Of a DNA stretch of 64,000 nucleotides, positions 23,257 to 36,675 are shown one piece after another; within the stretch, counting starts at the first letter, position 1; the number at the start of each line of letters is the position of its first letter. Made by a program: the position numbers and the translations under genes. Source of the DNA: Azolla caroliniana (lineage: Eukaryota > Plantae > Polypodiophyta); assembly GCA_043228905.1 (NCBI GenBank), contig JBHGNT010000013.1, positions 15,004,001-15,068,000 on the forward strand, read 5' to 3'. The notes beneath the pieces are model-generated. The model searched no databases. It was given only the letters and a program-made list of their open reading frames with translations, and was not told where the DNA came from.

Positions 23257-25588
23257 GTAAGTAACTTATTACTTAGGTAGAAAGTAAGAGAGTAAGAAAA
23301 TAGAGAAGAAGATATACAGGAAGTAGAACTTTGAGAGAGAGATAGTGAGTATAGAGAGAAAGAACTCAGAGAGTGAGAGCAAGAGAGAGAAACAAACGAG
23401 AGCAAGTAGAGCTCTGCGCATAATGAAATAGAAGAAGTTTTGGCTACTACAGAGGTAAGTCTCCTTCCCCCTTCCCTTCTGTGTTTGAGCACTAAACGAT
23501 CTAGCACACCACGATCCGCCGCACACATAAGAAGAGCTCGAGTGCCTTCTTCACGTTTTATTAACAAAGGGTACTAAGGGTGATTTGTTTATCACATAGG
23601 TCGTCGTCATCAGCGCCTCAACCCAAATTCTTGGGTAACTTGGCATGTGCAAACATGCTCCGGACTCTCTCCATTATGTTCCGGTTCATCCTTTCGGCCA
23701 GCCCATTTAGTTCAGGCGTCTTCGGCATGGTAAATTCGAGCCAGATTCCCTTCGACCGGCAGTACTCCTCGAATTGCCCCTAGTATTCTCCTCTGTTATC
23801 TGCTCGAACCGCCTTCAGCTTCCTGCCGGTTTCTCTTTCCACTCTCATGTGGAGTTCCTTGAAGACGGATAACACTTGATCCTTCGTCTTCAGTGGTGCG
23901 ACCCACAGCTTCCGGTTGTGGTCGTCTATGAACGTCACGAAGTACAACGATCCGGCATGTGACTTCGTGTCCACTAGACACACATCGGTATGCACCAACT
24001 CCAATGGTGCATTCCGTCTCATCAGTGGTCTTGACTGGAAGGAGGTTCAGTTTTGTTTGCCGGCCAAGCAATCGGTGCACTTCTCAAGTTGCACGTCCTT
24101 CACCGGAATAAGATTGTCTTCGGCAAGCCTCCTCATCCCCTTCTCACTCATGTGACACAGTCTTTTGTGCCACAGCTCACCGGCAGTGTCAGATGCTACA
24201 TTCACTTCTTCCCGGCATATCCAAGCATGCATCAGATACAGCGTGTTGACCTTCTGGGTTCGTGCCACTATTAGGCTCCCTTTGTTGAACTTCATAACTC
24301 CGTTCCGGTTCAGTTGGACCTTTGGAACGTGTAGGACATCCTTCAGCTGCAACTTGCATCCGATTGGTGTCGTCAACAGCACATCTCCTATGCCGAAAAT
24401 TCGGCATGTACCTTCATTCCCCATCCGGACACAACCATGATCACCATTTGTGTAGGATGAGAAGCATCTCTGATCCGGTGTCAGGTGGAACGACGCTCTG
24501 GAATCGACAACCCATGTTGTTTCATCACCAACAAGGTTTAACTCATTCTCCTCGGTGATGAGCATCAGTTCTTCTTCACTTGTCATGATTGTCAATTCCT
24601 TTCTCTTTCCGGGAATGCTGACAGTTCTTCTGGAAGAGCCCCGGCTTCCCACAGTAGAAGCAAGTAGGCCTCCCCCTTGACTTTGACCTCGTCCCCGATT
24701 TGTCCCTGTTTTGGGGACTTCGATACTGGCCTCTTCCCCGGTTGTGGTCATCTTTCGTAACCAAGGCCTTTGGATCAGTTCCGGACTCCTGGTCCTTTCG
24801 GCGAGCTTCTTCATCTAGCAAGCTTGATTTTACCCTTGATAGGGACAAGTGCTTTCCTTCCGGCCCGGCATTGCCCAACGTGACAACTAGCGTCTCCCAA
24901 CTATCTGGGAGTGAAGAGCAGGAGTAATGTGAGTACCTCATCGGCGAGAGGTACTTCCAATGAGATTGCCTGGTGTATCAATCCCTGGAAGGTATTCATG
25001 TGCTCTGCCATACTGGAGTCGTCCTAGTACCGGAGCCTCACTAGCTTCCGGAATACCGAAACCCAATTAACAACATTCTTGTTCTGGAACATGATGTCAA
25101 TCTTCTCCCAGAGTTCATGAGCCTTGCTCTCTTCATTGAAGTTGTTGTACAGGCTCATGTCGATGAAGCACCGGATGTATGCCGTCGTCTTCATGTGCAT
25201 TACCTCCCACACTGTGGCGTCGATCTTATCCGGTCTCTTGTCCCCGAACTAAACCGGCAACCAAAGATCTTTAACCACCAGCTTATCCCTCATCTTCGAC
25301 TTCCACACTGAATAGTTGGAGTCGGTGAGCTTGAACATGCCGCCGAACAATTCTTCCATTTCCTATCTTGTTCGCTCTAATACCAGATTGAAGGAAAAAC
25401 GCGGAATATTGCTCGGCCACAACCAAGTAATGAATCACTTCTATGAGAATGAAACACAAAAATAGGAAATAGAGAGTGAACGCACATACACACACAACAA
25501 TAAAGAGTACACATGATGTTTACGTGGAAAACCCTGAATAGGAAAAACCACGGGAGCCCACAGACTCCACCTATCACTATGAAGAAAA

Positions 25589-26310
25589 TGCCGGGAACTG
25601 GTCGTTCCTTATGCGCAACGCTCGGCCACAACCGAGCTTAGAATGATACACAGAAAACGGGAAATAAGACACGACACAAAGAAGAAGAGAATACACAGGA
25701 GGTTAACGTGGAAAACCCCAAACTAGGGGAAAAACCACGGCAGCCCACAGGCTGCAAACTGTCACTATGTAAGAATGTACAACAGTGAGTTCACTGAGGC
25801 AACGACCTCGTGCTCACAGATCTTCGCCACAGGTGGCGGTTACAACAGAGGCAACGACCTCTTTCTCTCTCTCTCTCTCTCTCTCTCTGTACAATTACAC
25901 ACACTCTCTATTCTTGCACCAACAAGAATGACCACTCCAACAACATACACTAAAAGTTTGCCCTAAGTCATATTTATACTAATATGACTTTTCGGCTATT
26001 TACAAATATAGCCTCGATGGACTCTCAGAAACATATTTACGAATATGTCTCTTCATCCGGTTCATACCGGGTCTACACCATCCGGCTCTCCGTAGCCGGG
26101 TACTCCTCATCCGGTTCATACCGGGTCTACACCATCCGACTCTCCGTAGCCGGGTACTCCTCTTCCGGTTCATATCGGGTCTGCACCATCCGACTCTCCG
26201 TAGCCGGGTACTCCTCTTCCGGTTTCAGCAGAGGCCGATCGGCCTCGGCCGAGATCATTCGACGGCACTGTTCTTCTCCCTTCCCATCCGGAGGGACCTG
26301 TCTCCCAACA
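25589..26310 (-). mobile_element. Solo LTR of a related copia family inserted in the 5' LTR of the 15337-26667 element
   Basis: TG...CA ends, GAAAA TSD (25584-25588 and 26311-26315), absent from the sister LTR. Shares motifs with the host LTR and contains a 54-bp unit x3 at about 26048-26225. Confidence 0.9.
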
Positions 26311-26824
26311 GAAAAAGGGTACAATCAAATACTCAGAGGCAACGACCTCGAGCTCTGTATCTTCGCCAAGAGGTGGTTACAACAGAGTATCGCTCTGTAT
26401 CTCTCTCTCTATGCAACAGTTATACATGTACAACAATATGACAACAACATAATAAGTGATTGCCCTAAGTCATATTTATACTTATTTGAACTTAGGGCTA
26501 TTTACAAATATAGCCTCAATAGGCTTACTCAAAACATATTTACAAATATGTCTTCTCTTCCGGTTCTCACCGGGTCCACCCGATCTGGTTTCCAGATCTC
26601 TTCCGGTTCTCACTAGGTCCTCTTCATTCATAACCGAATCCCATCTGGAGGGACCGATTTCCCAACATAAATCTCTATCGGTATAATAAAGGTTATTTTA
26701 TTCCCTTTCTTTTTCAAATAAAGAAAAGGAATAAATGCATTCACTGTCTCTTTTTCTTTATAAAAGGAGGAGATGGCTTATTTCGGGTCACCCACTAAGA
26801 GTTTTGGAGCATACCATTAAGGTT

Positions 26825-27115
26825 TTGGGTCACCCATTTTTGGAGGTTGAGAGGGCACCATTAGGGTTTTGGTTTTAGGGTTTCTTCTTCGTCTTCTTCT
26901 TTTGGAGAGGTCACCATTTTGGTTGTTTGAGGGGAACCACTAGGTTTTGTTTTTGTTTCCTTTTTCTTCGTTTTAGGGTTTGGGGTCGCCCATTTTTTAG
27001 GTTGATGGGAGGACACCTTTAAGAGTTTGGGGGTTCATCTTCTCCTTCTTTATTTCTGGGGTTTGGGGTTGCCATTTTGAGAGTAGAGAGGGCACCGTTA
27101 GGGTTTGGCATTTAG
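26825..27115. repeat. Degenerate repeat of about 80 bp x4 with TAGGGTTT motifs
   Basis: GGTCACCCATTTT..GAGGGCACC.TTAGGGTTT variants near 26827, 26909, 26984 and 27067. Confidence 0.55.
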
Positions 27116-27269
27116 GGATGTTGTTGCTTCTTCTTTCCCTATCATTGTCTTAGTCGGAAAGGTTTTGGGGTTTCTTTGTTTCTTGTGAGCGTCTTGGGTT
27201 CTTCTTTCGTGTGAGCTTTAGTTTTGTGGTATGAGGGTTTCCTTTTCTATCTTCTTCTTACTAACATTT

Positions 27270-27713
27270 AGAAGAATTGAAATTCAAAATGTTACTAACA
27301 TGAGTATTAACTCTCCTAGAGCCCTAACACACTTTCACACTCGATCACACAACCTAGGTATTGAAGTTGCATTATGGAATCAAAATCAACCAAATATAAA
27401 GACGTGTAAGTTATGCAAGGAAAGGTTAGTGGAGGATGAATATCACTTGCTTTTTACATGCTCTGCATTTAGTGCAATTCATGAAAGCTACGATGATATA
27501 TTAAGAGGGGGTGATGACTTGAGTATCATACTAAATAGAACACCTAGAAGGTTGAGTTCATATGTGTATGACTTATTCGCACACCGAGACTTGGTGCTTC
27601 AAAGTATGAATATTCCTTATTAGGAAGGAGACACGCATCAAGATAATTTTTGTACTTAGATCTTATAGGTCAATATTGGCCTCTTTATGGACGCTAGAAA
27701 ATATCTATCTATC
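27270..27713 (+). mobile_element. 5'-truncated non-LTR retrotransposon (LINE) 3' end
   Basis: ORF2 C-terminal zinc-binding signature RSHNLGIE..W..CKLC..VEDEYHLLFTC, stop at 27623, short 3' UTR and (ATCT)n tail at about 27703-27713. Confidence 0.75.
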
Positions 27714-29399
27714 AAAGAACCCACACACAAGACGATATTGACTAGTGTCTAGTGTCTTACCTGTAACATACCCAACCCCTATTACAACAAGTGATCCACG
27801 GTCCACCTCAACCTAAGCATCACACAACAATGACAAGTGACATATGCGGAAGGTGTTCAAATATGTCCCCCCTAATGCCACATGTTGAGCAAATATCTAA
27901 TGCATCAATGGCTCGGTCCGTTCACATCACGAAATAGGTGGGCTAAATTACTTACCCATTGAATCACGACTCCAATGGCACCTCCACATATAATTGTTAT
28001 TTGTTTGTGGTTAAGACTCTTGTCAAGTAATTAACAAGGTCCTTGTTTTTTCATTAATTTGTCTTATCCAACAAGAAAAGCATACCCCTCCCCTACTAGC
28101 AACGAAGTTACTAGTACTATACTAAAAAATGTTTCATAGATCAAATATAAATTATTCATATTTTAAATTGATCCATCCCTCCCCCCACTAGTGAGAAAAA
28201 TCCTTCAATTCCTTATATTAAAATTATTTTTACTTCTTTTATAAATGAATTCATAAATTACTTCATTGGATGTCATGAATTATACTTAAACATCTTAAAC
28301 CCTCTCCACATAACCCATTAATGAAACTATGAACTACGATTGTTCTTTGTACAAGTGCATTTGGATTGGAGTTAGCCTTCAATCAAAGTGGTGCACTCTC
28401 TTGTGTCACTGACGCACTTGTAATAAAAACTTATATCATTTCATAAATAACCGTAAAATGACTTATTTCATGACGTAAATTTTGAGAGTAGTTAATGTGA
28501 TGTTGCGATGGTTTAGGGTTTAGAAAGAGAAAGAGAACGTTCTTGATGTAATTATGTGTTGAATGTTGAATTCAATATATTTCTAGCATTTTCAAACATC
28601 GAATTACATTAAACTAATTTGTCGTCATTATTAAATTTGGCTTCATATTGGATGGGAACTACGTGTAATAACAAATACCCCCTTGGTTGTAACATTGTGA
28701 ACATCTAATTCCATTAAAGTTTGTCTTTGTGTCACCCGTAAAGTATTTTCTACCTTGATAGTGGATGATGACCATGTTAGTCATATTCATTGCGGATTGA
28801 TCCGTCTATGTACTTGCAACAGCCTTCTTAAATTTATTCTTTTATTGAACCATGTGTAAATGTATTACTAGACAAATGGAATGGTGAAGACAGATGTAAG
28901 AAATAACATTTGTCAATTTTAGTAAAATATTAGAGAGAGTATGATCACAAGAATTCAAAACTCAAAAAAACAAACGAGACACCATCTACAAAACTTGTTC
29001 ATGTTGCATTTCGATAATTGTCTGCATTTCTCCATAAATATTGGTTTACTATCAACCAATTGTACAAATCCCTCAGCGTGCGATGAAAACTGAAAATATA
29101 TGAAGCATAATATAGGCTCTTCATGTCTTAAACAACATGACTCTCCATAATATTGAGTTTTGTAGTAAAATCCTTGTTGGGTGAATCTCCAAAAACATAA
29201 TAAGGAAGCAAATATAGCTCATTTTTAGATTAAGCGAGGAAATGACACCAAGAAATTCTAATGAAATGAGATTTAGGATACGTTTTTAGACAAACAAATT
29301 AAAGTTTGGATCCAATAATGCTCTTGCAATAAGTCAATGTATTGTAGAGTGTTTGCCAAACCATGCATGTCAACTAAAGACCGTAAGAAGACAAAATGA

Positions 29400-29900
29400 A
29401 TGCTCTTGCCTATTGGATATTCTATTTTTAGTGTCAAAAGAAGCTTGTCACGAAACCACTAAAATCGAGGAAATGTCTCTAGTTGACATCAATCCGCTTT
29501 TTCTTAGGTCTTGGATCCTTATTTATTGGTAATATTAATGGGACTCCATCAAACAAGGTAGCTCTTTTCAACATGTTTGAAATCCCATCATTAAGGTACT
29601 TAGAACACTTTTAAGCCTTTTTTCAAGGTGTTCTCTCTCTTGCACTCATCATTAAGTTTTATTTGAAGTAAACCTTTAAATATCCAACTAATCAAGAGAT
29701 TAAATATACAAGTGCCATTGACATATCATTGTTGATATCTTTATGACCAACGAGATGTATGACACCCTTTATTGATGTAGGGGAGATTTTCTTTTTTGCA
29801 TTTGTTGTATTTTATTGTATGTATTGTTATCGATAAATCTCTCTTTCATTTCCGAGTGTAACTACCGTTGAATTTATCGTAAACCAACCAACAAATTGTT
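29400..29900 (-). mobile_element. Highly degenerate hAT-like transposase relic
   Basis: Broken-frame traces resembling the hAT motifs CxxHxLNL (..CIFNLLI) and TRWNS..MLxRA (..W....MLKRA). Boundaries unknown. Confidence 0.3.
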
Positions 29901-32900
29901 CCATACACTACAACTACAACCCTTAGGATTTGGCATATTCTCTTAGATGATATCTTTGCCTATGTACACTTTCTCTCTATATAAACAAGCTGGAAAAATG
30001 ATAAATGATACTCCTCCCATCAATATGGTATTTTAGTCAAGCATACTGTGAGGAAAAAAACAATGGATTTCTCCCACACCTAGAGGTAGGAAAAAAACAC
30101 ACTTGTTTCGTCCCTTATGTAATGTGAAAGTGTCTACTTATTTGACGATCTCATATTTATGTTTTTTAGATGTAGCTCTAATGTAGTTTGAATCCATAAA
30201 ACGTTAATGGTGTCTTAGAAGTGATTTCAACAAGGTTGACATCATCTTCAATAAAAAAGGCCTAGTAAGAAGTTGAAAAGGCAATCCACATTATCTTTGA
30301 AATGATGCAATGAATATTGGTGGTACTTTAGAGGATCATATGTTATTACTCATGAGATGTTACTAGCGATCCCTTTGATGACCACCTGTCATAATCTCGT
30401 AAGTTGTCCATGTCTTATCGTTATGTTTCTCTTCTTCAATTTACACTTGTTGGACCAAATTTGACTTACAACCTTGTCTTCTATCTCACACTTAATAAAT
30501 TACATACTCAATATAGACATGACCATGGTACACACGTAAAACCAATTCTACTCGCCTCACATTATATGAGCTCGTAGAACTTCATGCAATATGAAATGTG
30601 ATAAAAGTATCTTTGTACTTTGAATGTACTGTTACTGCTCTAGCTTTCTAGTTCATTACTGTTCAACTATTAAACAACATTTGACCTATGCCATTGTAAC
30701 AGTATGCTACATGACCTTAGTCAAACCAGATAGTTAAATGCACTACAATCGAGGACGAAAATTTTCTATTGAACTTTAATTCCATTAGATCAGACGGATA
30801 AATTCGTGTAAGTGCCATTGTCATACCATGTAGTTGGGATGTTGAGCAACAAAATCTCTCGTTAAATTTTGCTCATGCACCTTACGTACAATTTAGGCAA
30901 AAGAACGATTTGGATCATTGTTTTTTGTGTCAAAAAAATACGATGAAATGCCTAAATTTTTGGAGTGTTAGTCATTTTAACTTTTTGTTCACTCATATGA
31001 TAATTATATCTAGTTTCCATGAACGTAGACATACAAGTGCTTCTTTTTCTTTTCGCAAGTTATAAAATACATGTACACACATGCTCTTCGACACATTTTG
31101 CAATGAATTAGAGAGGAAGCCCAGCCCCCCAAATATTAGGGACCAAATAAATTGACCAATTACAACATAGAGAGTTGAAACATCCTCGTGTAAATATTGT
31201 GGGTAAAAGAGATGTCTTTGCTAAAATGTAGGATTGTATGTATCCCTTGATCTAAATAAACCACATAGGCAAACATTATTAAACTTGGTAGCTTCATCCA
31301 GTAAATGCACTATCACCAAGGATATATATGCTAACTAGTGAATCTAAGAAGAAGCTGATGTTTGCAATTATGGTGGGGCTCAAGAAAAATGGTGTGCTCA
31401 CTTTAATGCCATGTGCGGGAACTAAAGTTGGTATCATCAATTATACCCAATTAGAGTCTGTTTAGGAAAACTAAATAGAAATTCATCCTTTTCGATGAAT
31501 TTTCAATGCATCACCATAAAGATCACCTGTGGCCCTATTTATGCCTACATAAAATTGGATTTCAACTCGAAGTAGGCTTGTTTTCACGTGATTGTCGTTG
31601 ATATCACGTGTATGCACCTTCAACATGCGGTTTGCAAATAAGAATGTCTTCTAAAACATTATTTTCTTAATGTGGCGACATTCACTCCTCATGGAAAATG
31701 TTTCTCTAAAGGCTCAAAATTTCACTCCTTCCGGAAAATGTTTTTAAGTATACATATACATAGTCACTTCAGAAGATAATATGAATTTTCTTCATGTTTC
31801 GTGAACTTGGTATTTTTTCCCTATGGAACACACTTGCTTCAATCTTATATCGAATATTATTACTAGTTTAACTTAGAAGCTTCTTCCTTTAGAATCATAC
31901 ATGCCACTCAACATTGACACCATTCATTTCTTAATGTGGATCTCAATATTCTAACTTACTCTCAATTATCTTTGTCAAAACATAAGGACTCATAAAAAAC
32001 CAAGTAGACTTGTCTACATTTTGTCTTGAAAATGAGTACTAGAGGTTAGATTTTCCCAATCCCAATCACTATCAATTCTACCACACAAATATTGTTTGAT
32101 GATAGATTAACAATGCCAATCGCATTTTCGTTAAGTTAACAATTTTGAACATGTCATCGACATATAATATCTTGTTTTAATCAAAATTTGTAAGGGGCAA
32201 TTAACCACAAGACTTTGTAAGGTTGAGAGGATGCTACATAACCTTGATAATGGATAGCTCATTGTAGCAGTAAATTGTATAACCACGACACCAACATCGA
32301 TCATGTAGACATATATGTATTGGTGAATGTTAAAACTCTAGGCAAACATGTAGTATATTAAGTGTGAACCAAAACATCTAATCAGATAATACTCGACTTA
32401 TTCTTAAAAAGAATGCATGTGGTGTCCCTCAACCAAAGACTTCTTACATGTGTAAAACTCACGTATGGCATGTCCAAACCAAGCAAATTGATCCGAAGCG
32501 AATAAGTCCTCATTAGCATGACATGCTTTTCTTTAGATGGGGATGCACATACATGCACATGCTTGTTTTATTTACATCATCACATCAAGAGCGCATTCAA
32601 ACATTCAACAATTAGAGCACTAGGTGTAACAAGCACATGGCAGTTTGACTATAGATACATATATTGCCCAATGCATATGCAACGAATATTTTCGAAGAGT
32701 TATTGGGATATTTGTGAGAATGGTTCTTTCATTCACTAAATTGATATTGTGATCCATTCTTGGAAAAATATATAACTATATATTAGTTGTTTCACAATGA
32801 GGTTCTTGTTATTCATGCATGGAAGGGGATTTGATCCCTTCTCCTTTGGAGGGTATGTAGTATCTACTATCCACATTTATATTGTATCATAACCAAGCCT

Positions 32901-33775
32901 TCTTCATCGTTGGTTGGTATGTTCATGTTTCTTTTAGCTTTAGACTTGTGAGCGTCATGCCCTTGTGTTGCAAATGTATAATCACGAAAGGCATGTCGCA
33001 TTTGTAAGACATAGTCCCCCAACATATAGGAAGAATATCGAGAGGGGGTGGGGATCGGGAACCGAACGAATTGCAATCGAGTCGTGCATTGAAACTAGTT
33101 GTTGAGTTCCCTCATTTTGGAGGGGACACTCGAGAGATAAAGTGCAACTGAGACCTTATCTATATATGGAATTCAGAAGGGGACGGGAGAGAGTGAGATA
33201 TGTATAGTAGAACTTCCGGGATTTCGTCATGGTTTCTGAACGGAATTCTAGCGTTGTTCTCCTAGTTACCGGTAAAGGCCAAAAAACAACGGCCAAGGAA
33301 AATGCACGTGGAAACGGGTTTGAGATTGGAAATTGGGACTCGGGAGGGTGATGGTTTTGAATACGGAGGGATATGGTGGTTGTTGTCCGGACAGAAAGGG
33401 GGGGGGGGGAGACAAGTGTGAAAGCGTCGTCCGGAGATTCAGCCGGTCCGTGGGCCAGCCCACACGGCACGGAACCAAATAATAATAATAACAATAATTT
33501 CACTTGGAAAACCAAACAAAAACAAAAAAAACAAAAGGCAAAAAACAAAAAACATTAATAATAAAAAAAAACACAAAACAATGAGCAATCAATCGTATAT
33601 TATTGATTTTTAAAAAACAAACAAGTAAAAAACATAAATACAAATAGAGACACGTTTATAATATATATGTATATATGACAGCATAGGGATTACTCCACGT
33701 CCCTATTTATACGTATACGTATATACGTATGTAGGGAAACACATTATACGGAAGAGTAAAAAGAAAGAAAGAAAG

Positions 33776-33778
<3 letters not shown>

Positions 33779-33818
<40 letters not shown>

Positions 33819-34028
33819 CTTCGCTCGTTCGCTCGCTTCCCTTTCCTTCCTTCCTTCCATCTGTACGTTTATGTATTCTCTCTCTCTCTCTCTCTCTCTC
33901 TCTGGTGACTGGTCTGTCTTTTGTTCGTATTTTAGTACAAATTTAAGTATTGTTTTGTTTTTGCTGGGGTCACGTCGCTGAGGATTTCGTGAAGATCTTA
34001 CTCCCTTCTCATTTGTTGGTCCCTTGAG

Positions 34029-34067
<39 letters not shown>

Positions 34068-34117
34068 CCAATAGCAGCTATATATATATTACGCAGTAGC
34101 GGCAGAAGCAGCTATAG

Positions 34118-34157
<40 letters not shown>

Positions 34158-35240
34158 TTCGTCTGTCTTCGTCTTCGTCGCCTGTGCTTTTAGATTCCTT
34201 AATTTCCTCTCTGTTTCTCCTTCTTCCCTTTTTATGACCCACCACCACCACCACCCCCCCCCCCCAAAAAAAATAAAAATAGAACCAACGCCTAATATAC
34301 AAAAAAAAAAACCTTCTTCGTACATACACACACGCAGATCACATCACATCCTACTATCCTATCCTATCCCCATTCCTTCCATTTTACTTTAGTCTTTTAA
34401 AAATAAATAAATAACCCCCATTTCACTGTTATTATCTTAGCAATTTGCAGACCTAGGGTTTCTCGTTCAGACCTCCACATCCGCTTCACTCTTCAGACAC
34501 AGAAGACACAGAGAGAGAGAGAGAGAGCAAACAAACCCACACACCCAAGTCTCATCGGACCATTAACGAGGATGAATATTCATTCATTCACAACTCTCCC
34601 TCTCTCTACTCTCTCTCTCTTCACAAGCTTCAGATTCTCTTCTGTTTTTCTCTCACCTTCAATTCAATCTTCTGTCTGACTTAATTACTTTTACACACAC
34701 ACACACACACACACTCACTCACTCACAAACTCACTGCCTTTTTTCTTCTTCGTTTTTCTCCTCCTCTTCCCTCCCTCCCTACCCTTCTACTTCCTTCCTC
34801 TTTCATTAATTCTTCTCCATCCTTCACTCAATCTTACCCCGCCTTCTGCTTCAAATCCTTCGTGCAAGCCGCAGCAGCAGCAGCTGTCTTTTCAGGATCA
34901 GCATTGAGTGTTCTGTTTTTGACGTTTCTGTAGCACTCACTCTCTTTCTGATCTCCCCCGTGCTCTCTGTAACACCCCCCCCCCCCCCCCCCTTCCCCTG
35001 ATCTTTTTCACATACATTTGTACAGCTTTCCATAGCTTATGTGCGTGAAGTAGTAGTAGTAGTAGTAGTAGTAGCCTAGCTTTTTACACGCTATATGCCG
35101 CTTCTTTCTCGTTCACATGACTCCCAATATCTTTCCTGCCTTTACTTTACTGCAAGAAACATCGAATGCAACTCCAAGGTATGTTCCACGAAAGAAAAGG
35201 ACTCCTCTCGATCCCTCTGTCTGTCTGTCTGTCTGTCTGT
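33779..35240 (+). repeat. Microsatellite-rich promoter/5' leader of the BELL gene ((CT)n, (CA)n, (GA)n, (GTA)n, poly-C)
   Basis: Multiple (CT)10-17 tracts. Candidate 5' UTR intron from the donor near 35179 (AAG|GTATGT) to the acceptor at 36425 (TGCAG). Confidence 0.7.
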
Positions 35241-36675
35241 CTTATCTCTGCTAGTATCCGATTCCCAATTTCGAATGGCCTGCCTGCCTACCCATGAAGT
35301 GAAGTCCCTATATTGACTGATGGTCTACAATCATTGAGAATTAGTATACAGTGAGTAATGCCTTTTGCACACAATCTCTAATGTCTGAAGATGGAAAACC
35401 GTAAAACCAGAAAAAAAAAAAAAGAACCCTGCAGCTATGGTGTGTAACAAACAAACAAACAGCATTTGTGATAAAAAAAAAAGAAAAAAGAAAAAAAAGA
35501 AAAAGGAGTCACAATCCAATGGATGATATATGTATAAATAGAGCTCTAATCATGAAACGCAAACCAGATTGATGATGATACATGTAAATATATAATGGTT
35601 CAATCAGTAGGAACGGATGATGGCTTTTCATGGGGCTGTGGATAAATTTATTGCATGCATGGGAATGGAAGCTGGGATCTAGGGTTTGTGGAATTGCTCT
35701 GGATTTGAAGCAGTACAAGCTACTGGACATACACACACATGGACTTTCTTTTCTTCCTTTTTCTGGTAATAAAACCAGGAGTTTATAAGCAGAGGTCGTA
35801 TCAGTGTGTGCAGAGTATTTAGTAGCTGTTTTTGAGTTCATAAAAACTATGATGGTGTGATATATATGGCCTTCCTGTTCCATTTCGGAAGCAAGCTCTC
35901 TCCATCCTTCACTTTTCCTGTGTCCTTTTGACTCTTCGGAGCTGACTAAGTGAGGAAATCACCATAGCCATGCTCCAGTATTGGGTGTGGGGGGGGGGCT
36001 TCACAACACACAGTAAAAGAGGAACTAGACAGTGATTTCTTCCTAATTCGGTAGCTATTACATGAGTGTATCAGAAGGAGGGGCGTACAATACAATGTGT
36101 GATCTCTGTCACCCGGTAATATAATTTTAGGTGGAGAGGGGGGGGGGGGCATGATGATCGTCTTCGATTTATCGTTCTTCTCTGCAGAAAGATCTAAAGG
36201 CTCTCCACAATGTACGCTCTGTAGATGTATATGGTACAATAACAGTAACTTAATTCACAGAGTTAAACTACGGCTTATCATAAATCCTGCGCGACTATAT
36301 TAAATACAAGCAGCGATATCAAATCAAGCTATTTTCTTGCTGCTTGCTTTATTACTATTATTAATCTTCTGTTTTGTCATTTGGTTTAGATTATATACCT
36401 TCTGAAAGTTTTCTGTTTTCTGCAGGATTTGGTTACGAAATCCGCGCCCTACTCTTTGTGATGATGGTAATGGTGCCTTGCAGACGATTCGGTGAAGAAA
36501 TAATTCGGCCTAGCAATCTTCTTCTTCTTCTTCTTCTTCTTCTTCCATTAATCCGCCATATCCATTGAAGAAAAGCTCGCTCCTCACCATTGTTGCTGCA
36601 TATTTTACCCCCCTTTCTCTACAACAGAAGGAAGCCACAGGTTACCATATTTTCTGCGTGTTGGCGAAACCGATC

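Larger units (their letters stand above)
17970..23566 (+). mobile_element. Young, structurally intact Ty1/copia LTR retrotransposon nested in the integrase region of the older element
   Basis: LTRs 17970-18496 and 23004-23566 are nearly identical; TSD AAGGG on both sides; PBS TGGTATCAGAGC (tRNA-iMet) at 18497-18508; PPT GAGGGGGAG at 22995-23003. Confidence 0.98.
15337..26667 (-). mobile_element. Decayed Tnt1/Tork-like Ty1/copia element hosting two nested insertions
   Basis: LTRs 25389-26667 (5', interrupted) and 15337-15766 (3'); perfect TAAAT TSD; PBS (reverse complement) at 25374-25385; PPT at 15767-15777. Coding motifs: gag-CCHC (CFYCGKPG), PR (WVVDSRAS), INT (LVHTDVC), RT (LLYVDDML), RH, all with frameshifts. 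Confidence 0.93.

Noticed and set aside
25984-26616. 210-aa ORF with SSSGSYRVYTIRLSVAGY repeats
   Set aside because: It spans the solo-LTR/host-LTR junction and results from the 54-bp DNA repeat.
32821-32870. Hairpin GAAGGGGAT-TTG-ATCCCTTC as a Helitron 3' end
   Set aside because: No CTRR terminus at the expected distance and no identifiable 5' TC end.
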